Part shown: in pieces, positions 19,627-27,990 of the stretch | How positions within the stretch are numbered: the stretch's first letter is position 1 | Layout: the number at the start of each line of letters is the position of its first letter | Assembly: GCA_963695545.1 (NCBI GenBank) | Contig: OY968796.1 | Location: 1,184,001 to 1,248,000 of the forward strand | Origin: Terriglobia bacterium | GTDB lineage: Bacteria > Acidobacteriota > Terriglobia > Acidiferrales > UBA7541 | Direction: 5' to 3' | DNA length: 64,000 nt | Position numbers and translations under genes: made by a program | Notes under the pieces: model-generated | What the model saw: the letters and a program-made list of their open reading frames with translations, nothing else | What the model was told of the DNA's origin: nothing | The model's database searches: none

Positions 19627-20754
19627 CTACTGCTGTGGCGGAGGCGCTTCGGAGGGAGGCTGAGAATCGGGCGGAGGCGCGCCAGGGGCGGGCGGCGCAG
19701 CGGGCGTGGCGGTGATTTCGGGAAGGCGGCCGGCGGATTCGATGACTTGCTGCGCGAGATAATTTTCAACCTTAGCTTCATCGCGCGCTTCGGTGAGATA
19801 GGCGGTGCGCAGCAATTGCTCTTTGCGCGTGCGCAGGGCGTCGCGAATGGTTTGCTGTACGGATGGATCGTTCAGATCGCGCTGGCCGGGCGCTTCCTTG
19901 GAGATGAGCTTCAGGATGCGGTAGGAATCCGGGAGGACGATGACGTCACTGATCTCGCCGGGCTTAAGCGCCATTACTGCTTTTTTAAGCGCGGGATTGC
20001 TTTGGCCCAGCGAGGATTCCGGAACGTAACCGAGGTCGCCGCCGGAGCCGGCAGTCTGCGGATCTTCGGAATAATCCATGGCCAATTCCGAAAAATCCGC
20101 GCCGCTTTTCAGTTGCTGCATGAGCATGGCGACTTTGCGGCGAGCCTCAGCGTCGGTGGTGGCGTCGTCGTTCTTGCGATTGCGCACTTCGGGATCCTTG
20201 TGCGGCGTGACCACGATTTGCGCGAGGCGGTATTGGGTTTCCGCAACGTTGAACTGCTGGCGGTTCTCATTATAGAAGTCGGTGACGTCCTGATCGGTGA
20301 TGGTGACTTTGGAATTGACTTCGGCGTTGATGAGCTTCTGGATGGAGAGCTCGCGGCGAATATCTTTTTTGAGGTCGTCAACGGTGACGCCGCGCGCCTG
20401 CAACTGGCGTTGAAATTCATCGTCGGTGTAAGGACTCTTGAATTCGGTGAATTTATCCTCGACATCTCCATCGGAAGCGGACAGGCCGAGTTTCTGGGCG
20501 CGCTCGAGCAGAATTTCGTTGTTGATGAGGTCGTCGAGGATATTGAGCATGAGCGAGAGCGCTTCTTCGTGGGAGGGCATTTGCGCTTCGGGATTGACCC
20601 GCGTGCGGTAATACTGCTCGACCTCGCTGCGCTGAATCTGCGTGCCATTCACTTCGGCCCACACGTCGGGCGAAGGAGCTTCGCCCTTGCGACAGCCGCC
20701 CGCCCAGGCCACGGTCGCCACGATCAGTGCTGCCGAAATCAGCCGCTTTTGCAT
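19627..20754 (-). CDS. SurA/PrsA-like parvulin peptidyl-prolyl isomerase lipoprotein
   Basis: Lipobox AGGC, SurA_N region, FSELAMDYSED..GGDLGY rotamase motif. Confidence 0.9.
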   Translation of the reverse strand: MQKRLISAALIVATVAWAGGCRKGEAPSPDVWAEVNGTQIQRSEVEQYYRTRVNPEAQMPSHEEALSLMLNILDDLINNEILLERAQKLGLSASDGDVEDKFTEFKSPYTDDEFQRQLQARGVTVDDLKKDIRRELSIQKLINAEVNSKVTITDQDVTDFYNENRQQFNVAETQYRLAQIVVTPHKDPEVRNRKNDDATTDAEARRKVAMLMQQLKSGADFSELAMDYSEDPQTAGSGGDLGYVPESSLGQSNPALKKAVMALKPGEISDVIVLPDSYRILKLISKEAPGQRDLNDPSVQQTIRDALRTRKEQLLRTAYLTEARDEAKVENYLAQQVIESAGRLPEITATPAAPPAPGAPPPDSQPPSEAPPPQQ

Positions 20755-20764
20755 CTCGCCTCGT

Positions 20765-20822
20765 TGAAGCAATGCGCTCCGCGCAGCCGATTAAAGCAAT
20801 GCGCTCCGCGCAGGCCGGTGCC
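20765..20822 (+). repeat. Tandem pair of the 27-bp hairpin unit
   Basis: AAGCAATGCGCTCCGCGCAG exact at 20767-20786 and 20794-20813 (period 27). Confidence 0.9.
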
Positions 20823-21013
20823 TACGCCGCTTTGACGACTTTCCCGTCGCGCAGACACGATGTGCATACGCGCACTTGCTTGCGCACGCCGGAGACCACG
20901 GCGCGAACGCGCTTGAGATTGGGAATCCAGCGGCGACGCCGGGCATTATTGGCGTGGCTGATCACATTTCCATACTGCGGAGATTTTCCGCAAATTTCGC
21001 ATTTCTGCGCCAT
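20822..21013 (-). CDS. rpmB: 50S ribosomal protein L28
   Basis: CEICGK..GNVISHANN..RRRWIPNL..VCTSCLR. Confidence 0.97.
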   Translation of the reverse strand: MAQKCEICGKSPQYGNVISHANNARRRRWIPNLKRVRAVVSGVRKQVRVCTSCLRDGKVVKAA

Positions 21014-21138
21014 GTCTGCTCCTTACAGTGTTTCCAGTACGCGTTTCAACAGCCACTAAAACCTACAAAGTATAGCAACGAACGTCACGCCAGCCTAGAA
21101 CGCGGTTTTGGGAAGAGCGATAGGCGGGGGCGATTGTG

Positions 21139-21192
21139 GCCATGCGCTCCGCGCAGTTGATTAAAGCAATGGGCTGCGCGCGGACCGGGGCC
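21139..21192 (+). repeat. Second tandem pair of the 27-bp unit (direct repeat of 20769-20822)
   Basis: 54-bp ungapped match with about 8 mismatches. Confidence 0.85.
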
Positions 21193-21221
21193 GAATGCTC
21201 GGAACGATCGGACCGTGACCG

Positions 21222-21397
21222 AAAATCGTGTGCGGGTGAGCGGACGGGAGGTGTTGTTCGAGGTTCATACTCAATGGTAGCACGAACGACAATACGATGT
21301 CAATATTACCTATGGGTCATTATTCGAATACAATTGGTGTGGGGCATAGCGAAATGATTTAGTGTGAGATTTGCAGGGTCTTGGTCCTCCGTCTTCT
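21222..21397 (-). repeat. 176-bp promoter-bearing element, copy 2 (TTGACA 21303-21298, TACCAT 21279-21274)
   Basis: Inverted homolog of 16733-16908. Confidence 0.85.
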
Positions 21398-21444
21398 AAC
21401 GATTGCGGTACGGGCGAGATGAGCCGCGACGGTCGAAATATCAG

Positions 21445-21513
21445 AAAACGTCCCGTCTGTCCCCGATGATCCGTCTGTCCCCGATGATCGTCCCCGATGA
21501 TCCCGATGATCCC
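21445..21513 (-). repeat. Family-B repeat (GGGGACAGACGGGACGTTTT) with telescoping duplications
   Basis: AAAACGTCCCGTCTGTCCCCGATGAT/CCGTCTGTCCCCGATGAT/CGTCCCCGATGAT/CCCGATGAT/CCC. Confidence 0.9.
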
Positions 21514-21517
21514 AATC

Positions 21518-21844
21518 TCACCACAGGGGCGGAACACCCGGCTTGTACCAAGGATTGACTTGCCAGAAATGGACGAGTTGCACCGCGCCGATTGCGATTA
21601 GCGAAAGGCCAAGCGCCAGAAAAACGATGCTCGCAATGCCCAGGCGGCCATGAGGATAAGTTCGTTTATATTCTCGAACGAGCGTGAGTGCCTTCACAGG
21701 GATAAACGCATATGTGACCTGTTGGTCAGTCGAAAGTTTTCGGTTTATCTTTCCGATCATCACGTACAGAATCCGCAAGCAGATGCCCACTGCGCTCAAA
21801 CCAACGCAGAAAATTACGGCCGGAACGAACGGAAAAGTTATCAT
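21518..21844 (-). CDS. Putative membrane immunity protein, paralog 2
   Basis: Shares GKIN..L...QQ, YPH.RL and HFWQ.NP with 22027-22359; two TM segments. Confidence 0.7.
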   Translation of the reverse strand: MITFPFVPAVIFCVGLSAVGICLRILYVMIGKINRKLSTDQQVTYAFIPVKALTLVREYKRTYPHGRLGIASIVFLALGLSLIAIGAVQLVHFWQVNPWYKPGVPPLW

Positions 21845-22026
21845 TGCTCCACCCCTTCGGTATTCCACTGTGCCAGCGCGCTAAATTCGGCGGTCCGACG
21901 CTGGCTAGGGTCGGGCGTTCCGCGGGTTTGGCCGCGTCCCCTTTTAATTACCACTTTTCAAAGTCGGCGTCGGCAGCGCTAGTTTCCCGACATCGAACCT
22001 TAAACGCGCGCCCTGCCCTGGAAACC

Positions 22027-22359
22027 TCACCAGGGAGAAGGCCAAGGGGCTGGCCAATAGCTGGGGTTGGCCTGCCAGAAATGGATCAGGCGTACCGCCG
22101 CGACCAAAATTAACAGAATGCCAAATGCAAGGGCAGCGATACGCACGGCATTGAGGCGGCTGTGGGGGTACAGCCGTCTGAACTCTCGGTTGATCCTAAT
22201 CATCTTTGGGAAATGGAAGACCACGTATCCGATCTGCTGCTGGTCCGGGAGTCGTTGGTTTATCTTGCCGACGACCACATACAGCATCAGGGTCGAAATA
22301 TTTATCATTGCAGTGCCCAACGCGATCAAGACCACCGCATCAACCGGTGCAGTTATCAT
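22027..22359 (-). CDS. Putative cognate membrane immunity protein of the Rhs toxin
   Basis: ATG overlaps the Rhs stop (ATGA); two TM segments. Confidence 0.75.
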   Translation of the reverse strand: MITAPVDAVVLIALGTAMINISTLMLYVVVGKINQRLPDQQQIGYVVFHFPKMIRINREFRRLYPHSRLNAVRIAALAFGILLILVAAVRLIHFWQANPSYWPAPWPSPW

Positions 22360-24180
22360 GGACATGCGGCTTGTCTCGCATAGTAGAGAACGGGGTCAAA
22401 CGGTGCCAACGCGAGGGCGCCTGCACGGCCCATACTGTGCTGCTTTGCTGTCTTGGTGCCCGCGATCGCCGCTCCCGGGTTGCCCGCAAGCGAAGCCCCG
22501 TAGACACGAGCAGTTTTTCCAAACGATGCAAATCCCCCAACTCCTTCGGCAGAGGCAGAGGCGGTAGCAAAAGGTCCCGAATAGCCGCTATTGTCGGATC
22601 CCAGGTCACCGTAGATGAAACCCGAGGAAACTGACGCGCCCTCTCCCCCGCCTTGTCCGCCTCCAGTCCAAGATAAGGTTACGTTGCCGTTGTTATAGTT
22701 GACGACGGTCGAAACGCTGCCAGTAAGCCCGAGCCCGCCAGGGAAATTTACCGTCAGACTCGTCGCGCGACCCTGAGGAAGCGCCGAACAGACCTTCGCG
22801 GCGACTTGGCGGAAGAATCCAGGCGATTGCGGTGATTGGAAATTTCTGTATATCTCTTGGCAAAGGAAGCTCGACATGTCGCACACGAATGTGTCAAACA
22901 ACGGGGGAGGGGGAGGGCATGGCGTATCTCCGCAGCCGTGAGGCGCACGCCGTTGCGCCGCCCATTGTGGGTCGCCGCCGGTAAGTACTTGGCCGCCGTC
23001 GGAACTGCAGTCTGACGGCTCCTCGTCATCGGTAATACTGTCAGCGGGGCTGGCTTGCCTGTCGCGTCCAATCGTGTAGAGGCATCCGTCAGGACTTAGT
23101 CCGCTCGGATCGGTTAGGGTGACTGGGTTGTTGCGCACGTACGTATAGAGATTCAACTGCTGTGGATCCGTTGGATCGGCCTGGGAAATTCCGGATGGGT
23201 CCGGGGACATAAAGCGGGCTCCGGAGAAAGTGTAGAAGCGCGCGTCGAAGTTGTAGAGGTTGGATTCGGTGTCGAATTCCTTGTGGGTAAATTTGTAGTT
23301 ATTGGTGCTGGTCTCGGTGGCGACGTAACACTCGTTGCCGTAGGGACAGTAGTCGATATCTTCGAGGGTGTTGCCGCTCGAATCGGTCAGGATGCGGGTC
23401 GAGTCGAGATCGTCGGCGAAGTAATATTCGACGTCGCCGGAGGAGGAGGCGTCGCGGCGGGCGATGCGTGAGCCGTTCAGGAAGACGTACTCGTGGAAGG
23501 CGCTGTCGGTGGTGCTGCCAGTTCCGTCAGTCTCTTCAAGCGCGTCGGTGCCGGTTCCGTACCAATAGAGCTCGTAAAAGGGAGGGTCGGTAGCCATGTA
23601 CTTCTCGACGCGCTTGCCATCGCCGTCGTAAAAGTAGTTCACGCCAGCGGTGGAGGTCAACTCGTTTTCGGCATTGTAGGTGTACGTGGGAGACGTCGGC
23701 GGACAAGGCGAACTCGTCTCCGCAAGCAGATTGCCCGCGGCGTCGTAGCAGTAGCCGGAGATCTGATTCTGGGCGGTGGCTGCCATAGAGGCGGAGGACT
23801 CCTCGAACGGCAGGCTCTCGTAGGACTGGAATTGAGTCAAATTGCCCCAGGGGTCAATCTGGTAGGACTCGCCCCAAGCTCCGCTAGCGGCAGACGCGAT
23901 CCGATTCAGCGGATCATAAGCAAACGTTTCCGATCGCGATGAGGTGACGCCATTTGCGATATGCGTGATGTTCCCATTGTTGCCGGTATGGGGACTGGAA
24001 GGGCACGCGCCGCCGGACAGCGGATAGTAACAATAAGTGAGATTGAGTTCCGCGCTGCCCGTGGAATACGCCAGGATCGAGGACGGCTGGAGTCGAGGAT
24101 TGTACGAAGCGTCGAGATTGATGCCCGTGAATGAGCCGCCTTCGCCCATGAGCGCCGACGTTAGCGCACCGGCGGGATTG
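22356..24180 (-). pseudogene. Rhs/YD-repeat toxin, C-terminal part (core end plus Gly-rich tip), cut by IS
   Basis: YD repeats, YKFTHKEFDTESNLYNFDARFY, RFMSPDPSG, LNLYTYVRNNPVTLTDPSGL autoproteolysis motif. Confidence 0.9.
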
Positions 24181-24220
24181 TGACCAGCCCGAGTTTTTGT
24201 ACCACGGTGAATGAGAGAGT

Positions 24221-25063
24221 CTACATCACAGCCGTCGACGGCGAACCGAGAATTGGCGGCACCAAGGGGCTACAGGCCACCGGCGCCGGTGGCCTGTAGC
24301 CCAGCGCTGAGTGCGGACGCAGCGTGTTGTACACCATCCGCCATTTCTCGATCACGATCTGCGCTTCCTTCAGCGAGTAAAAAATCTCTCCGTTCAAACA
24401 TTCATCGCGCAATTTCCCGTTGAAGCTTTCGCAGTAGCCATTCTCCCAAGGGCTTCCCGGTTCGATGTACAGCGTCCCCGTTCCCACCTTCGCCAGCCAA
24501 CTCCTCAGCTCCTTGGCCACGAACTCCGGGCCGTTGTCCGAGCGAATATGTTCCGGAATTCCCCGGTAAAGCATCACGTCCGCCAGCGCTTCGATCACTT
24601 CGTATCTCCCCAGCCTTCTCGCCACGCGGATCGCCAGGCACTCCCGCGTGTATTCGTCGATCAGCGTCAGCATTCGCAGTGTTCGGCCGTCGTGGGTCAT
24701 CGCGCTCACGAAATCGTAGCTCCACACATGGTTGGCTCGTTCCGGCCGGAGACGAACACACGATCCGTCGTTCAACCACAGCCTTCCTCGCGGCCTTTGT
24801 CCCTGCGGCACTTTCAGCCCTTCGCGCCGCCAGATCCGCTGCACCCGATCCTTGCCCACATACCAGCCCCGTGCTTGCAACAGCGCCGTGATCCTCCGAT
24901 AGCCGAAGCGCCCGTACTCGCTGGCCAGCGCCACGATGTCTCGCGTCAGCGCGTCTTCATCCGTTCGGTGGATCACCTCGTAGCGTTGTGTCCCTCTCCA
25001 CTGCCCCAGCAACCGGCAGGCATGCCGCTCTGATACTTGGTAGCTCTCGCGTGCATGCTCCAC
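24221..25063 (-). CDS. IS3 transposase OrfB (DDE integrase core; fused to OrfA by -1 frameshift)
   Basis: WSYDF, RSDNGPEF, PGSPWENGYCESFNGKLRDECLN, RPHSALGY. Confidence 0.95.
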   Translation of the reverse strand: MEHARESYQVSERHACRLLGQWRGTQRYEVIHRTDEDALTRDIVALASEYGRFGYRRITALLQARGWYVGKDRVQRIWRREGLKVPQGQRPRGRLWLNDGSCVRLRPERANHVWSYDFVSAMTHDGRTLRMLTLIDEYTRECLAIRVARRLGRYEVIEALADVMLYRGIPEHIRSDNGPEFVAKELRSWLAKVGTGTLYIEPGSPWENGYCESFNGKLRDECLNGEIFYSLKEAQIVIEKWRMVYNTLRPHSALGYRPPAPVACSPLVPPILGSPSTAVM

Positions 25064-25086
25064 CGCGCTACGTCGCCGCTCAGGGC

Positions 25087-25365
25087 TTAGAAGTTTCCCT
25101 CTGCCACATCCTTCAGAATTTGCTTCTCCAACGAAAGCTCCGCCACCAACCGTTTCAGCTTGGCGTTTTCCCGCTCCAACTCTTTGAGGCGTTTCGCTTG
25201 ATCCAACTTCAGGCCGCCGTATTCCTTCCGCCAGCGGTAGTAGGTCTGCGCGGTGATCTCGGCTTCCTTGCAGGCTTGTGGGGTGCTCTTTCCGTTGGCG
25301 ATTTCAACTTCAACTTGCCGCAGCAGCGTGACGATCTGCTCCGGCTTGTATCTCCTCATCGGCAT
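25087..25365 (-). CDS. IS3 transposase OrfA (HTH)
   Basis: YKPEQIV, TYYRWRKEYGG, RLKELERENAKLKRLVAEL. Confidence 0.95.
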   Translation of the reverse strand: MPMRRYKPEQIVTLLRQVEVEIANGKSTPQACKEAEITAQTYYRWRKEYGGLKLDQAKRLKELERENAKLKRLVAELSLEKQILKDVAEGNF

Positions 25366-25430
25366 ACCAGCTTCCCTCCAGAGTGAATTCTCTCTCACTC
25401 CCGCTGGTACAAAAAACCCCGGTCAGGTCA

Positions 25431-27223
25431 GTGATGAAGGTTCCCGACGAGACCATTCTGCTGACGCCGGTCAGATTTCCTCGCACGGTTTGGGATGCCG
25501 AATAGTTGGAATCGTCGTGGTTCGTCGCGCCGGTCTGGGAGGACAGTGAGGTAGCGTCGTAGGAAAAGTTCGTCTGCGCAATCATAGTTCCCCTGCTCGA
25601 TCCGCTGCCACGATACACACTGATGGACGATGGGAGGTCTAAGATATGCTGATTCTCGTACGTGCTGGTTTGGACGTAACTCACGTCGGTTTCCCGAAGG
25701 AGGTTGCCGTTGAAATCGTAGACCTGGACCAAATCGGGGAGGTACGCGTAGCCCGTATACCCGTATTTGCTTGTGGATGACATTCCGTTTCCTATCGATG
25801 TCGTGACCGATTCCACGTCTTGGAGGTCATCCTCGACATACGTGGCGCTTCTTAGCAGAGTTCCAGAGGACGAGCCCGCGTAGAAGTTCGCCACATACTG
25901 GGTCAATATAAAGTAGTCCGCGGGGCAGTAATGATACGTGAAAGCGTAGGTTGATTGGTTCTCGGTGCCGCTTTCATCGGCCGGGTCCGTAACCGTCAGT
26001 GCGGCATTTCCCAGCGACGGATCGCCCCCCTGACAGGAAATCGCTGACCAGTTGAACCCCCACGTGGCCCCTTGCTCGGTAAGCGTTGCCAGCTTTAGGT
26101 CGCCGACGAAAAAACCGTCCCCGTTGGGTGGATTGACGACTTGGTAGGTGAACCCCACCTCGCCGCCCGTGGGCAACGTCATGCTGGTCATTTGCCCATA
26201 GTCTCCTGGACTCGTTCCCCCGTCGTAGCCGAATTGATAGCTTCTGCCGTCGGGTAGAGTGATGCTTTGTACGACCATCATCGGGCCTGTGAACTGAGTG
26301 GTGCCGTTAAAGCCGCCAACCCAGGCGGGGAAATTGGTGCTTACCTGGATGGTTTCCATCTGAATTGTGGCTCCGCCATAACTGTAGGTAGGCGAGGAAC
26401 TCGAGCAATTGGCGGTGCATTGCATATTCGGAATTTGCCGCCCAAGTTCGTCTTGAAGGTTGCTCGTGCCTGGAAAATAAAAATTGCCGTTGGAATCCTC
26501 GACGTTGCCAGAGCAGGCGTACTCGTATTGCGTACTCCCGGTGTAGCTGGCCGCGCTGCTGGTACACACGGATGCTCCGTGCTTATCCCAAATCTGTGCG
26601 GTCATCGAGGTAGCGCTTATGGTGACGGATATCTGGTAGCCGCTCGAATCCTGCGCGTAACCGGGCGTGACCTGGTTCGCGTAACCGCAGGCTGGCATCG
26701 AGTTGTCAAGGGTGCCGAGCCCAAACTGATGCTCTGTCCCGCTCGGGTCGATGTATACGAAATTTTGCCACGATTGGTATGACCAAGGGGAAGACCCATT
26801 GCCGCATTGCACGGATGAGCCTTCGCTAGTAGTGGACCCGAACATGCCGACAGGGCTGCCGGTAAATCGCCAGCCGGCGGTTGAATTGTCCGGAGTAGCG
26901 TCGTTCCACACGTAATTGTAGCCTTCGCCGGTGGGGTACGAAGATATCGAGTAGAACTGGCTGTCATAGGTCATCCCCAGATTGACAGTCTGTCCGTTTC
27001 GTTGCTTGTAGCTGAGAAGGGGGAACGCCAAGTGGACGTTCCCGTTCTCCAAATTGACCTCGCCCATGGGAATCTGCATGGAGGGGCGACTCGGCGGCGT
27101 CGGTCCAAGGCGCATCATGATGTCGTCGTCGTCGTTCTGTGCGACGAGCGGTAAGCAAAAAGCAACAAGAAGGAGCGCGCAGATTGAAGAAATACAGAAG
27201 ATCACGGCAGACGGGGTGCGCAT
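25431..27223 (-). pseudogene. Rhs/YD-repeat toxin, N-terminal part with Sec-type signal peptide
   Basis: GGAGGG RBS; MRTPSAVIFCISSICALLLVAFCLPLVAQ; VNLENGNVHL, ITLPDGRSYQFGYD, RGNLT; frame runs into the IS end. Confidence 0.85.
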
Positions 27224-27321
27224 GAGCATTCCCTCCGCAGGGCTTCGAGATGTGGTTGTCGCCGCGCCACGAAACATTTCACGGCGCCATGATTCTCTTA
27301 TTTCTATAAAGTGTAGTCGCG

Positions 27322-27537
27322 TTACGTGTCAAGGAGAATTATGGCGTCAGCGATAGGTCCATCGGACAGCAACACTTCGCGGAGTGGGGAAAGGCGGGCT
27401 TCGGCGAGGGGCAGGCCGGAGGCGACCAATTTTTGGACGTGCTGATCGAAGTGGAAGCGGAGCTCGGCGTCGAGTTCGGTTTCGACGGCGTTGCGTCGGA
27501 ACAGGGAGCGCAGGCGAATCCAGAGATCGTTGAGCAT
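27322..27537 (-). pseudogene. Truncated ADOP/ABC permease (only the N-terminal prefix remains)
   Basis: RLRSLFRR..E.ELDAELRFH......G...EAR prefix, then similarity is lost at ~27390; follows PadR. Confidence 0.8.
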
Positions 27538-27544
27538 GGGACTC

Positions 27545-27889
27545 CTACGCGGTTTCCAATACTTGGGCCACGGCGGCCGCCAGTTTCTTCCATTCGCTTT
27601 TTTCGGTTTCGAGCTGTTTGCGGCCGGTTTTGGTGAGTTCGTAGAATTTCGCGCGGCGATTGTTTTCGGAGGCTCCCCAGCGGGCTTTGATCCAGCCGCG
27701 GCGTTCGAGGCGATGGAGCGCTGGATATAAGGAGCCTTGCTGGATCTGGAGAACGTGGCTCGAGACCTGGTGGATGCGCTCGGAGATGGCCCAGCCGTGC
27801 TCGGGACCGAGCGCGAGGGTGCGGAGGATGAGCAGGTCGAGGGTGCCCTGCGGAAGATCGATGCGTTGATCGGTTGGGCGTTCCGGCAA
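27545..27889 (-). CDS. PadR family regulator (acidobacterial type)
   Basis: [36 protein letters not shown]. Confidence 0.93.
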   Translation of the reverse strand: MPERPTDQRIDLPQGTLDLLILRTLALGPEHGWAISERIHQVSSHVLQIQQGSLYPALHRLERRGWIKARWGASENNRRAKFYELTKTGRKQLETEKSEWKKLAAAVAQVLETA

Positions 27890-27990
27890 GAATGTCCCCT
27901 GATACTTCTACAGGAGTATACGCCATCTCTTGTCGAAGTGCAAGAGGAAAAGCCGGCTCGTTAGGAATCGGCGGCGCGGCGTGCGTTCGG

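Larger units (their letters stand above)
24181..25430 (-). mobile_element. IS3-family insertion sequence (~1250 bp)
   Basis: Terminal IRs TGACCAGCCCGAGTTTTTGTACCA / TGGTACAAAAAACCCCGGTCAGGTCA (TG...CA); orfA/orfB with GGGAAAC slippery site at 25093-25099; no target duplication visible. Confidence 0.95.

Noticed and set aside
20765..21513. Short repeats as a possible CRISPR array
   Set aside because: No regular repeat-spacer periodicity with unique spacers, and no cas genes in the window.
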